From positions 124,001 to 188,000 of the forward strand of contig NW_026863846.1 of NCBI RefSeq assembly GCF_026571515.1: a stretch of DNA of 64,000 bases, read 5' to 3'. Source of the stretch: Ruditapes philippinarum. Lineage: Eukaryota. A model generated the notes under the pieces. That model did not search any database. It saw only the letters and a list, made by a program, of their open reading frames with translations, and was not told the DNA's origin. Shown here in pieces: positions 25,001 through 40,000 of the stretch (its first letter is position 1; each line of letters starts with the position of its first letter). A program made the position numbers and the translations under genes.

Positions 25001-28000
25001 ATAGTTCTGTTAAATTTTGTCTAATTTTGTTACATTTTTAATATGGTGTATGGTGACATCGACTTTATTTTCCTTTCTTTTCCTAAAGAAGCAAAATTTG
25101 CGCATGACAGCATTTATTTCTGCCTGTTATTCCATTTCGTTATGATTTTCTATTCATCCGCATTCAGATATAGTCCGGCTACTGTGAAAATTATTTTTTA
25201 TAAATTTCACTAGTGGTTTATCAGAATATAATCATCTGATATATTACAATAAAACACTTGAAAGCATGAAATAAATAACTATGTCATCATAAGTGAAAAA
25301 CAGAATATATATAAAAATGTTATCATATTTGAAATACATAATTGATATAACTATGATATTATGCATGGCATACAGAATAGATATAACTATGATACCATGC
25401 ATGGAATACAGAATAGATATAACTATGATACCATGCATGGAATACAGAATAGATATAACTATGATACCATGCATGGAATACAGAATAGATATAACTATGA
25501 TATCATAGATGAAATACATTTAGAAAATTTGCCAGATGATCAAAAATATTAGCCAATGTTTACAAACATACATGTTTTTAGGACGTTTCCTGTAAACCTG
25601 ATGAAGACTTTTGAGTCGAAACTATATGACTTTTAATTAAACATTAGATTTTTAATAAAACATAAAATAATAAAACAGTTTTAAATTAAACAGGAGTTGA
25701 TTTCTAGTTTCAAACTTATATTGAGGACAAGAGAAAATACAGTCTCATAGTTAACATAAATTCATACAAAATTATACTTTTGTTTATATATTCATACCAA
25801 TCAGTTTACTCTTCAGTCGAATTCTACACTTTTAAAGACTACTCCACTGAGGCTTAAAAGCCTAAAATATGATATTTGAATGTCTTACATAAATGAGCTG
25901 GGGCACTTTAAACAGAAATCTATGCAAAGATAGTTAAGAAATATACTTTGAAATAAATTGAAAATCGTATTTTTATGCTTTTCTCCGCCCGATTTGAGTG
26001 AAAAGCGTTTAAACGCTTTTCATTTTGGGTCGTTTTTGTACAATTTAAATAATTACTCTGGAAAAACGGAGTGCGCGAATGATCGGAAATTATGCACAAA
26101 GATTAGTGGTCTAAACCTACATCGAATGGTATATTTATCTTGAAAAAAATATTTTCAGTCCCAGCATGTCACTAAACCTCAGTGGAGTCCCTTTAATAAT
26201 GTAACAAAACTTAATAGGTACTCTAGTTAATTAGACCCTCAACCTTTTCAATGTGTGACAAATTCCTGTTTTATATTTAGAAACAGTCAGTTCTATTTTT
26301 AAGGGATTTCAAAATCTTAAGGTTCCAACCCCTGTTCGTACTGATTATACGGGTAGCAAGACTGATATTTTTCAGTCCCAGTAGAGTGACGGGTTATAAA
26401 TTATAATGTCGTAGGGTGACGGGTTATATTGTCATATATGACTAACCGGAAACAATTCGGCGTCCTTAACCAGTCTAACGTTGAATCCGTTGAATCTTTG
26501 ACATACATGAACCCCCTTTCATTGGGCAGCCCAGATTTTCCGACCATTTCCATTGGATCCACGCCCAAACCGCAACTACAAACAATGAAAATCTGTTGCC
26601 ATGATTAATTATTACACCTTATTTATTAATAACAATGCATATACAGGACATGATATAAGTTATACTGTATAACGTTCTTCATGATAAATTATTACACCTC
26701 ATTTATTGATAACAACGCATATACATGACATTATACATGTATAACGATCACCACAATGAACATCTAAGTTACTGATTACAACGTTAACGCACGTTTTATG
26801 TAAAGATTGCCATTGCTTAACCAGAACAATTTTAACATTTGTTTTATAAAAAGAATGGTGGGGTGGCAACGGGTGCCAGTGAAAGCATAAATTAACGTAA
26901 TATATAAAAACTGTAATGTTTTTAAATGATACATTTGTTATCATTATATTTGTTATTACTCGTAAATACAAATATTTGTGCTCTGTGACATCAAATAAAA
27001 TGAATAACACACATGTAATTCAATACCGCGCATGGTTTGTGAAAGTTCATCAGCCATCGTTCTTTAACGTGCCTATTAGGCTCACGTGAGTGGAAATGAT
27101 CTGCATTAATTAATTAATCAAACTAAGCTGGAATTAAATACATGCGAGGAATTATATCACGGGGGCGTAACCCGAGTGATATAATTATGCGCATCCGAAT
27201 GACAAACATTATCAAGCGATAAAATCACCGATTGGGATATATTATTTCGATTCTAACACGACATCAAAAAATGAATGCTGCCGTACCTGATATTAAGCTA
27301 AAATTGCGATTTGTTTTCGTACTTATTTTCAGCGCGTCGGATTTTTAGTGGTTACGTCACATGTATATAATGATAACGTCACATATCTAAATATAGAACG
27401 TCAACGGTGATTTTATTGCATATTCTAACACGACCCGCATTTTTCCCCGTTGAACATAGAAGAACCCAAAGTGTGTGTTATTATGCAATAAAATCACAGT
27501 TTGACGTTCTATATTTAGACATGTGTCGTATTTAATATACACGTGACGTAACCACATAAAATGTGACGCGCTGAAAATAAGTACGAAAACAAATCAGGCG
27601 CAATAATATATAGGTAAATCAGGTACGGCAGCATTTATTTGTTGATGTTGTTTTAGAATCGAAATAATATATCCAAATCGGTGATTTTATCGCTTGATAT
27701 CGCTTGTCGTTCGAATGCGCATCATTATATCACTCGGGCTACGCCCTCGTGATATAATTCTTCGCATTCGAACTCCATTGAGCGATCAAATCACTGATTT
27801 GGATATATTATTTCTTAATTATAGCACGTACCCATCTTCAATAAATGTAACCGGCGTGTCGGCATCTATACCAGGTGTACCGGTGTCTTTGTCATTTGTC
27901 GCTGTGCATTTCTTCACGTAGATTCCGATTGGTTCAAAACCATCATCTGTAAAAACAATGACATTAACTCTTGAACAATGAACTTTTCATCACTTAGTTG

Positions 28001-31000
28001 TCTATCAAACGCAAAATAAGTTTTTTAATGTACATGTATGCACTTATAGCACCAAAATGTTCATTGTTTTGAATGTTTCTTGGTGGAGTGACTCAATAAC
28101 TTTCTATTTTAAAGGTCTTATATCGGATATATAAATAACCTCCCACACAGGAAATAGATGAAATTATACTATAATGTAATTATTTATTAAATACTCTAAC
28201 TATGACAATAATTATACATATATCCTCGAATTTATAACATGTTTCAAAACTGTCCTGGGCTATTTTGATTTTCTCAATACTCTCCTATATGTTATGTTTT
28301 TGTTGTTAACGTGCTCGGAAATAGTGACCAGTGTACTTTGATTTGGTCTGGCGTGATATAATTTCTTAAAACTATATTCTATTATAATCTTTTAATGAAA
28401 TATTGAGAAATATTGATGAAATAAAATGCGTATTTTTATTTTCCGTATTATCACTGTAAAAAAAGTATTTAACACTGCAGTGAAATATTTTGTATTTTCC
28501 GTATTTTCACTGATGTCTGGCTAGACAAAAAAAGAATTCTTCCTATTCATAAGGTTAAAAAAGAGAAAAAGTATAATATAATAGACATAGAATACGGAAT
28601 TTCTTTTCATCTTGTGGTATTAAAATTATCATAATTCACTCGTGACGAGCATAATATTATTTTATTCAACGAGTTTAATAAATTCAGTAATGAACTTAAA
28701 CGAATTTAATATTCTATTTATCACATTCCAAAAATAAAGACCGTTCGAAGTGAAAAAATATATTTTTTATTTACGCACCTATAGTATAACGCTTACATTT
28801 AGCGTGTCATTACACTATGCTAGTATAACGCAAATGACGTCACGGCTGTGCAATACCATTTTTACGGAGTCGTTAAGCTGCACGGTTATGTGATAAAATA
28901 TGTATCATTGATATTTAAAATTGTGCTATTTTTTGGTCTATTTATCCTTAAAACTACAGTGGAACAAGTCAAAGACTGCTATCTTATGATATTATGAAAT
29001 ATGATTTACTACAGAACGGTTAGTATGATATTATGAAACTTTACTTACTAAAGAACAGTTTGTTTGATATGATGAAACATGACTTACTAAAAAATGGTTT
29101 GTATTTTATTATGAAATATGACTTACTAAAAAATGGTTTGTACTTTATTATGAAATATGACTTACTAAAGAACGGTTTGTATGATATTATGAAACATGAC
29201 TTAATAAAGAACGGTTTGTATGTTATGATGAAACATGACTTACTAAAAAACGGTTTGTATGGTATTACGAAACATGACTTACTAAACAACGGTTTGTATG
29301 ATATGATGAAATATGACTAACTTAAGAACGGTTTGTATGATATGATGAAATATGACGTCACTTACTTAAGAATGGTTTGTATGATAAGATGAAATATGAC
29401 TTACTAAACAACGGTTTGTATGATATGATGAAATATGACTAACTAAAGAACGGTTTGTATGATATGACGAAACATGACTTACTTAAAATGATTTGTATTT
29501 TATTATGAAATATGACTTACTTAAGAACGGTTTGTATGATATAATGAAATATTACTTAATAAAAAATGGTTTGTATGATATTATGAAGCATGACTTACTA
29601 AAGAACGGTTTGTATGATATTATGAAGCATGAATAACTAAAGAACGGTTTGTATGATATGATGAAATATGACTAACTAAAGAACGGCTGTATAATATGAT
29701 GAAATATGACTTACTAAAGAACGGTAAGTATGATATTATGAAATATGACTTACTAAAGAACGGTTTGTATGATATTATGAATTATGACTTACTAAAGAAC
29801 GGTTTTATATGATATTATGAAAAATGACTTACTAAAGAACGGTTTGTATGAAATTTATAAAATATGACTTACTAAAAAATGGTTTGTATGATATTATGAA
29901 ATATTACTTTCTAAAGAACGGTTTGTATGATATGATGAAACATGACTTACTAAAAAATGGTTTGTATTTTATTATGAAATATGACTTACTAAAGAACGTT
30001 TTGTATGATATTATGAAATATTACTTAATAAAGAATGGCTTTTATGATATGATGAAACATGACTTACTTAATCAAAGCACAGAAGGCGCTGAATTTGTTT
30101 GGGTCTCAGAATGTCAGTGAGATTATAAACCAATTTGTTTTTGTATAGTGCCATCAATGCTTTCCAGTGTTTTGACTGTAGTAAATTGGCTATAAGACTA
30201 ATTGCAACACTGATATTCAATTCAATGTTTATTTGACTAAAAAAAACATGAGTTGCCTCAACTGGGATTTGAACTTCAGACCTCTCGATTCCTAAGCGAG
30301 CGTGCAAACCCCTCGGTCACGGTGAAGTTATATGTTATTGACATGAAGAAAACCATATTATTCTAAATGATAATTTCAACGCAAAACCTGTTGTTTAACA
30401 CAGATGTATATAATCATGTAGCTAACTATAAACATGTATATCTATAAAGAATAAAACAATACTAGAAATTATCGACCATTCAGGAACTATTTTGCTTGAA
30501 AATAAATGCGTCTGTCCTTTGACATTCTTTACGCAGTGATCTCCCCTAAATTTTTCGGCTTTAGTGTGCATATAAAGGGAAAAAACGCTTCAAAAAAGCG
30601 GACTACTTTCGGCATTTGCAATTAACAGCGCCAGGGTCTGAAATTTCGCTACCATTCTTTGTTTGGTCTGACGACCCAAACAAATAAAAATGGTTTATAT
30701 GTTATGATGAAATATGACTTACTAAAGAACGGTTTGTATGATATTATGAAACATGACTTACTAAAGAACGGTTTGTATGATATGATGAAATATGACTAAC
30801 TAAAGAACAGTGTTTATGTTATGATGAAATATGACTAATTTAAGAACGGTTTGTATCATATTATGAAATATGAGTTAATAAAGAATGTTTTGTATGATAT
30901 GATGTAACAAGACTTACTAAAAAACGGTTTGTATGTTATGATGAAACATGACTTACTTAAGAACGGTTTGTATGATATTATGAAGCATGACTTACTAAAG

Positions 31001-34000
31001 AACAGTTTTGTATGATATGATAAAATATGACTAAGTAAAGAACGGTAAGTATGATATTATGAAATATGACTTACTAAAAAACGGTTTGTATGATATCATG
31101 AAACATGACTTACTTAAGAGCCGTTAGTATGATATTATGAATTATGACTTAATAAAGAATGGTTTGTATGATATGATGAAACATGCCTTACTAAAAAAAT
31201 GGTTTGTATGATATTATGAAACATGACTTACTAAACAAGAGGGCCATGATGGCCCTATATCGCTCACCTTAAGGAATAGATCTTAACTGGATTTTTCTTA
31301 TTTAAAACAAGCAACATGTTTATAAAATACTTTAATGTTATTTAGTTAGTGCCAAATGTAAAGTATTTTTAGCCAACAGCAACAGGAATGCAATCAAGTG
31401 TATAGAAATACCTCTTTTTTCTTTTCTTTAAAGTATACATATAGGTTGCTAAAAAATACACTTCCTGTAGTGTGTTTACATCCTGAACATTTTAACAGTG
31501 ATATCATAATTAACAAGGCGAAGTACAAATTTGGATAATACATCAATAAAAATGGGTCAAGGACAAAAATGGCCGGGTTGCATTTGTATACCAAATAACA
31601 TGACTTATGAGTCTGTGATGTTACAAAAATGTACTACCATCGACCATTAATGTTGAACATTTAACTAAGTTGGTAAACAGGAAGTGGATAAGGGATAGAC
31701 CTGAACTTGGGACCACATATTAATGCAGTCACATTACCAAATATCAAGAGGCTTTGTTATGTAGTTGCTGAGAAAACTGTTACGGAAATGTCCTTCTATT
31801 TACAATTAATGCCGAAAATTTAGCTAAGTCATCAAACGGGAAGTGAATGAGCCACATACCCGAAATCATATCCCATTGTATGTGACTACATGTTGATGCT
31901 GTATAGGCTGTGATAATTAGTTGCTGAGAAAATTGTTACGAAAAATTCCTACCATTGACCATTTTTTAACTAAGTCAGTAAACATGAAGTGAATGAGTGA
32001 CAGGCTTGAAATCGAAACCCATGGTATGGAACAATGTGTTAATGCTGTATGATAAATATTATGAGGTTCTCTAGAGTAGTTGCTGAGAAAACTGTTACCA
32101 AAAATGACCCAACCAATTCGCCTACCTGCCTTGAATCAAGTCTCAATACATGATGGTAAACAGTATTTTTTTTGCATATGATTATGTAAATTTTTTCGAA
32201 AACCAGTATTATAGTTGTACCAGATATCCCATTTGATTTTAAATATTAAAATATTTTTTGATAAAAGTGTTTACTCAGGGGTATCATGTTGGGGACAGGA
32301 TCTAACCCCCAAGCATCTGTGGTTTATCATATAAGGACACCCCTTTCTACAAAAACTTCTTCCTGTTCAAATGAGAGGCTCTATACACAGGTTTAATCAT
32401 AAAATTAAATCATGTAAAATGTTATTAAAAAAAACAACAAAAAACAGCAGGGATTTCAGGAAGACTGTTTGACCAAAAATTTTCATGAGTCAAATAACTT
32501 TTTTCTTGTGTTATTTTTCTACACAAATCATTTTCATGTTTTCAGAAATTACTGTTTGGGAAGTCATTTAGAGTAGATTTTCAAGTTTAAATTGATAACT
32601 ATTGTAAGGTAAGGCAATTATCAGCTTCTTGCTTAGAAAACATGATAAAGATAAATATATTAAGTATTTCTAGCACCATGGTTAATTACCATAATTATTG
32701 TTCCATTTTCACTTACATTTATTGAGGTGATTAACACATACATATGTGTACATGCAGGGGTAAAAGTTACAGAAACTGAAAATACTGAAAGAAAAAGTTG
32801 GGGGCCAGGGGGCTGCTAGGACCGCAAGTGGTTCCAGGGAAACGCCCTGGCTAGGAGTCCAGGGGCTGGAGGCCCTCGGAAGCTTTTGCAATTTAGTGAA
32901 TTTATAAGCTCAAAAAAAGGCTCAGATAAATACTCAAGTGCTTTATTTATCTTCAGATGTAATTAATCTGATATGTTAAAATTTACACAAATTCACTGAG
33001 GAATACTTTTTAAGCAATCTATACACATTCCACATAACAAATTATGTTCATTCTTTTTACTATTTTCAATTTCATATCTTAAATTTATTCCTTTTCCATT
33101 GTCTTCAACTTGTTGATGCAGTACACTCTCAACTGACTTGACAATTTCTTCAGAAGTGGAAACATTTTGAATTCTCTCAATCCTAAATGATCCATTACTA
33201 CTTGACTAGTTCTATCATCAAAGTACTGAAAGATTATATTCAGTACTTTGTTATTGGTTTTTGTTAGTTGCCCCATACATATTCAAAGATATTAACTTAT
33301 CTTTCACTTTTGACTTCACTCCATCCTTAACAGATTTGGCTACACCATGTGTTGTTTATAATAATAATGTACATTGCACTGGTTGGAGAAAGAAGAGTTT
33401 TTTCAAGAGCAGGCTTGTCTTCAGCTAAACGTTTGGCAAGATGTTAGATTAGAGATCGCCTGCTATGGAAAATGGCAGACAATGTTCACTAAGAAAGGCA
33501 GTTGTGATTGCTCTTTGTTTGGCAATGCCGTCTTGCATACTTTCAATCTTTTTGTGCACAGCTTTTGATGAGCCTGGCAGTACCTGAAAAAGACAATTTT
33601 CAAATAAAAGATGTATGAAAAAATATCAAAAAATATCACACTCATAAATTGTCAATTTAGTTTTGAAACAAGGAGATAATCAAACTAAAAAAAACATAGA
33701 TAAAGAAAATCGTGTTCTAATCATTAGAATAATATTCAGCTGGAAAAAAATCTATTATTCAAGTGGTGAAAAAAATTACAAGTCCAAATTCACAAGTCCA
33801 AATTACAAGTCCAGACCTATTAAAAATTTGGGCATAGGTTCCCCTGCATAAGGCCATTTTTTAATTTGCCCCCCAACCCTTGCCCAGACCACATGAAAGT
33901 TGGGGGAAGACAGAAGAAAAAGAGGGTGGGGTAATGTGCATTGTTTATTAAATACACAATGCACAACTAAACCTCTTTTCGTTGCTAACACTAGATAGTG

Positions 34001-37000
34001 GCTAAACTACACAGAGAAATGATCTTACTTGGTCTAAGATTCTTTTAGTGGTCCTCATCTTCAGCTCATCGTGATTAAGAAGCACCTTTTTTCTGTTCGA
34101 ATTTGTCTTGTTGATCGTTTTGGAACAGACTTCACAAAAGCCCATTGCATTTGGTTTCTTCAACCAAGCATCCCATTTTTTACCTTTAAAGTCCTCCATT
34201 TGTTTTTTGCACCTTTTTTAGATCGTTAGTATTAACACTTCACTGTTATTGTCATTGTATTTGTACATATATGTATTTTGACATCAAATGACTATGCAAC
34301 AAACGATTTCATTGGCTTGTAAAAATAACGACGACCAATTAAATCTGACATTGTATTAATCTAACTAGCTCAATTTTTCATCGGCAATCTCCGTATAGGC
34401 CCTTTGCATGTTATTGTTATGAAATCTATTAATAGTAACAAACTGCTGATAAAGAGATACAAGTAACTTTCGGATGGTTGGCAAAAAGTATGGTGGCTGA
34501 TAAAATGCAAAATATAGTAATTTTATATTTATAATAAAAAACTTATTTTTCATGAAACAGCTTAGTATTTTATATCATTAGAAAGGTCATTTTACTCATA
34601 TTTTATATATAAAAAATAAATTAACCAAGCGTTTTCATTTTTTCTTGGTAAGGAGTTAAACTTGGTGCTAGAAAACTATTGAAATAACAGTTGAAAAAAA
34701 GCTGAGCTTTATTTTTTAAAAGCAAAAAATGAAAATCCGCTAATATTTTAAAAATATGAATATAAAGAACTTTCAAATGATATAAGAATATAAAAAACCG
34801 ATCCACAAATAAAAAAGTTCAGGAATTTAAAAATTCTGCTGCTATATATTGTTTATAAATATTGGTTCTTCTTTCCAACCGGTAAATCTGCTAAATTCTG
34901 GTAGCAGGTGCTTGTGATGTCATTGTGCAATGGGTCTATTGTAATTGTTTTGATTCGTATATTTCCCATTTTGTGCAAACAGGTCTGAGACGGACAAATT
35001 TATTTAAAATAATATATCAAGCATTATCAAGCAATGTGCACACGCTAATTAATGAGGCATGCACACACACCCTTCCCGATTTCTCAGCGGATTTTCGTCA
35101 TTCAGAAAAATGACCTCGGAGATCGCCGAAAATACGGAATTCCGTCATACATATAAAATCTTAGAGATCATATCACGGGAGGTGATATTTACATAAATAC
35201 TAAATGTCATCCCTTAATACTTCACAGATTGTTAACAAAATACCTGTTTCAACGTAGCCCACCGATAATAGTATTCATCTTCACTTCTTTGTTTTGAAAT
35301 ACGAGTTTATGTTACAAAAATTCTCAATTTCCTTGTTCAAGGCCGCCATTTTGTCCTACTTCCGGTCGGTTAGTTTCGTAAATAGGTCAGATTGATACAG
35401 ATGTTTTCTGGACAAAAATGTTGACTCAAGACTGATTGATATGCATTATTTAGTGATTTGAATTGTATGTTTATGATCAGAATGAAATATAATGGCATGA
35501 TTAAAATCGTTCAGCAGATTCAGTAAAACCAGCGTACACAATGTTGAAGTCCGCAAACCGGAAGGAAGAATCTAAGTAATATCCGTACAGTAAATTAAAC
35601 TTTTATCTTAATCAGCTTTTTTTGTGAAAAAAATACAACATTTTTGTTTACTTTCGTTTCTTTGTGCAATATCTTACACAATAATATGTGCAAGTCAATG
35701 TCAAGAACCAAAATATATTACATTTTATTTCGGAAATGACACAGTCTCCTTTCTGATGGTATTACGAAATTAATGGAAGAATCTATTATTGCATGGGGAA
35801 ATCAACTTCATTTTAGCTCTGAAATTTTGGCTATTCTGATTGACTTTGTTTTGAATTAACATTCACATCTAACAACATTTTCATCTTTCTAATGCTTTAA
35901 CAGAAAAATCCTCATAACAATGTCTGTTGAGACAAAAAATACAAGATACACTTTTTCAATTATCCCTACAAAGACAGTCTATACAATCTTGCAATAAAAA
36001 AACACTTTGACCCCCAAAACAGAGACCAATTTTCAACTCTAGACCATAATTTTAATATACTTTGTAGAATCCAACAAGCTCATGCCTTGAGAGAAATATC
36101 TAAGCTCTAGCCTTTTCCATTTTGAAGTATAAGACCTTTTAAGTTTTTTCTTTTAGTTGCCATAGCAACCAGAGTTTAGCATGAAATGGAATTCTTTGAA
36201 CAATCTTGATAGAGCTTTATACAAAGAGTATTCCTGCCAAGTTTCATTAACATTGGCCTTGCGGTATAATAGAAGATGTCCTTAGAATATTTAAAATGTG
36301 GACGGACACCGGACGACGGACGCCATTTGGTTGGCCATCCAAAAAGCTCACCTGCACTTTGTGCAAGGTGAGCTAAAAACGGTTTGTATGTTATGATGAA
36401 ACATGACTTACTAAAGAACGGTTTTATATGACATTATGAAATATGACTTACTAAAGGACAGCTTGTATGATATTTATGAAAAATGACTTATTAAAAAATA
36501 GTTTGTATGATATTATGAAATAATACTTACTAAAGAACGGTTTGTATGATATGATGAACTATGACTTTCTAAAAAATGGTTTGCATTTTATTATGAAATA
36601 TGACTTACTAAAGAACTGTTTGTATGATATTATGAAATATTACTTAATAAAGAATGGTTTGTATGATATGATGAAACACGACTTACTAAAAATGGTTTGT
36701 ATGATATAATGAAACATGACTTACTAAAGAACGGTTTGTATGTTATGATGAAACATGAATAACTAAAGAACGGTTTGTATGTCAGATGAAACATGGCTTA
36801 CTAAAGAATGGTTAGTATGATATGATGAAATATGACTTACTAAAGAACGGTTTGTATGTTATGTTGAAACATGAATAACTAAAGAACGGTTTGTATGTTA
36901 TGATGAAACATGGCTTACTAAAGAACGGTTTGTATGTTATGATGAAACATGGCTTACAAAAGAATGGTTTGTATGATATGATGAAATATGACTTACTAAA

Positions 37001-40000
37001 GAACGGTTTGTATGATATGATGAAATATGACTAACTAAAGAACGGTTTGTATCATATTATGAAATATGGCTTACTAAAAACGGTTTGTATGGTATTATGA
37101 AATATGACTTACTAAAGAACGGTTTGTATGATATGATGAAATATGAGTAACTTAAGATATGATGAAATATGACTTACTAAAGAACGGTTTGTATGATATG
37201 ACGAAATATGACTTACTAAAAAACGGTTTGTAGGATGGATCGCTCGGCTTAGACGGATTAATCAAACATATCTCCAAATAAAACGTGGTACCAAGGTCTA
37301 GGACCCCAGTGACCTCTTTGACGTTATTTGAGTGGGAACCATCTTCTGATTGTGGACCATTTGGCCAGGGTACCCCAGCAATATCATCATTGGTGTAAGC
37401 CTTGAATGTGACCTCAAACTGGTGAGCATGATCGATCGTCGGCGGGGTGCTACATAGAGAAAATTGAAGCAAACAAAAATTAGAAATGTACAGGGGGGGG
37501 GGGCATTTCTGAATCATACAATATATCTGGCTGAGGATATTGACAGAAATTGAATACATTCACGGATCAAGAGACAGAGAGGGGGCAATAGGGGATCATG
37601 ACCCATAGAAATGAGATTTGGCTATTTTGTATAAAATATATATCAAATAAAGATCTGGATATAACGTTACTCTTTTTTATTATTTTTTTTTCGGTGAAAA
37701 TCGCGCAAAGATTTTTCTCTTGACCCCCACCATCTGGCAAGCTTATTTAAAGCCAAAACCCATTTAAATTATATATAGCACATTGTCGAAATTATGCAAC
37801 CACTTCTCTAATAAAATATTCTGGATTCAAGTCTGAAATTAACAAGAACCACCGCTAAGCAAGTGCCTAGCTCGGTCTTCAGACCCCAGTTCTCTTACTT
37901 AAAATTTGCCATTGCAAAATGAAAATAATGAGATTGCACTTAAAACATAACACTAGCACCAAGAACATGTCATAGGATATGTTGTAGTTTTTTTGTGGTT
38001 TTGACCAGCCTTTGCTTCCGCGCAGTCTGATCAGGATCCATGCTGTTCGCTATCAGTTTCTTTACTTGTTACAAGGTCTGTAAGCAAACAACATGGATCC
38101 TGATCAGACTGCGCGGATGCGCAGGCCGGTCTAGATCCATGCTAGTCGCAAACCCATTATGTTGGTTTTGTCGTGACGCGGCTCATATGTAAATTATAAC
38201 TTACGCTACAGTGATGTCTTGTGGGTCAATCTGTAGACTGGTGCACGCATCCTTGTCGGCATCGTAATAAACTAGGAACGTATAATCAAACAATTTGTCG
38301 TATAACTCGTATCTCTTACATGTCACCGCGAAAACCGCCTTGGTGTCCTATAAACAACGAAAAACATCATCTTAAAGGGACTACACTGGGGTTTAAAAGC
38401 CTAAAAACCTTACATTTGCATTTCTTACATAAATGAGTTTGGGCACTTTTAACAAAAATATATTCAAAGATAGTTAAGAAATATACTTTGAAATAATTGA
38501 AAATCGTATTTGTATGCTTTTCTTGGCCCGTTTTGAGTGAAAAGCGTTTAAACGCTTTTCTTTTTGGGTCATTTTTACAATTTGAATAATAATTCTGAAA
38601 AACAAAGTGCGCAAATGATCTGAAATTTGGCACAAAGATTAATGGTCTCCAAAATGTTTTCAGTCCCGTCATGTCAAAAAACCTCAGTGGAGTCCCTTTA
38701 AACAAATATTTTACATATGAAAAGAATAAATCACGAATAACGCAAAAAAAACTCTATTTTAAACTTAATTTTACTTTGAATCATAAAAATATTACAAATA
38801 AATCAGGAAAACTTTATTTTAAACTAAATTTTACTTTGTATTATAAAAATATGAAAGAATAATGACGAATAACAAACGGAAAACTTCATTTTAAAATAAG
38901 ATTTTACATTGAATCATAAAAACATGAAAACAAGAAGGAGACAAATAACAAAGGAAAACTTTATCTCAAATGTAATTTTACTTTGAATCATAAAAAAGTG
39001 AAAAACGAAAAGTAACGAATAAATCAGGAAAACTTTATCTTAAAACAAAAGTTTACTTCGAATCGTAAATATTTAAAACAAAAAATGAGTAAAAACAGGG
39101 AACTTTATTTTTAACTACATTCTTATTTAATTATAAAAAAGGTAAACAAAAAATGACGACTAACACAGAGAAAACCATTTTTTTTATTTTGAAAACGACG
39201 AAACCAAGATATGACGAATAACAGGGAAAATTACGAAAGACCTGTAGGGCCATTTCAACTTCACGAATTCACGATTTCAATTTCATGAAGTTGAAATCGT
39301 GAATTCGTGAAGTTGAAATCGTGAATTCATGAAGTTGAAATCGTGAATTCTTGAAGTTTAAATCGAGAATTCATGAAGCTGAAATCGGGAATTCATGAAG
39401 TTGAAATGCCCTTACCGGTCTTTCGTAGAAAATTTATTTAAGACTTAATTATACTTAGAATTGTAAAAAAGAAAATGACGAACAGTAAATGCAATGAAAA
39501 TTTATTTAAAGCTTCACCAGAAAAAAAAACATCATATAAATCTTATATTTATAACAATATTTCGTAATTATCAACAATCATCGTGTTTTTTTTTCCAAAA
39601 TATATCATATCTTCTATTTAATTTACAGGGACATACACACCTCAGATAATAAAAATATCTGAGTTTATATTGAAACTGGACACTTCGTTTCTACTGTTAT
39701 TACATAACAGGTGTTTACCATGTTTTTATATCCACCACAATCATACGAGTTGTCGGAAGGATCGAAACTGATTTTAGTTTTAAAGGTTCGACTATCAAGG
39801 TCAGTGCCTATATCACCTCCCGAATTGCCTCGCACCAAGGAGGCAGAACCACCACAGCCTGTGAGAGTTGTCGCCTTCTGAATGTTCTTGTTGTCAACAT
39901 ATTCCTTTGCATCTATCAGAAAACATGCTTGGTATCTACACATAAAAATAAAACAACACAAAAATATCAATTATAAAGATGCGTATAAAGCTACCGTTGA

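Larger units (their letters stand above)
28985..37232 (-). repeat. 39-bp minisatellite made of the ZP exon 6 donor junction; three blocks (about 28985-30070, 30686-31235, 36376-37232)
   Basis: Unit TACAAACCGTTYTTTA|GTAAGTCATATTTCATCATATCA = 16 exonic + 23 intronic nt. Confidence 0.92.

Noticed and set aside
21708-30120. Repetitive ORFs (e.g. MCSVKFIIY, MISYMKYR, MKYDLLKNGLY)
   Set aside because: By-products of the 25-, 36- and 39-bp minisatellites
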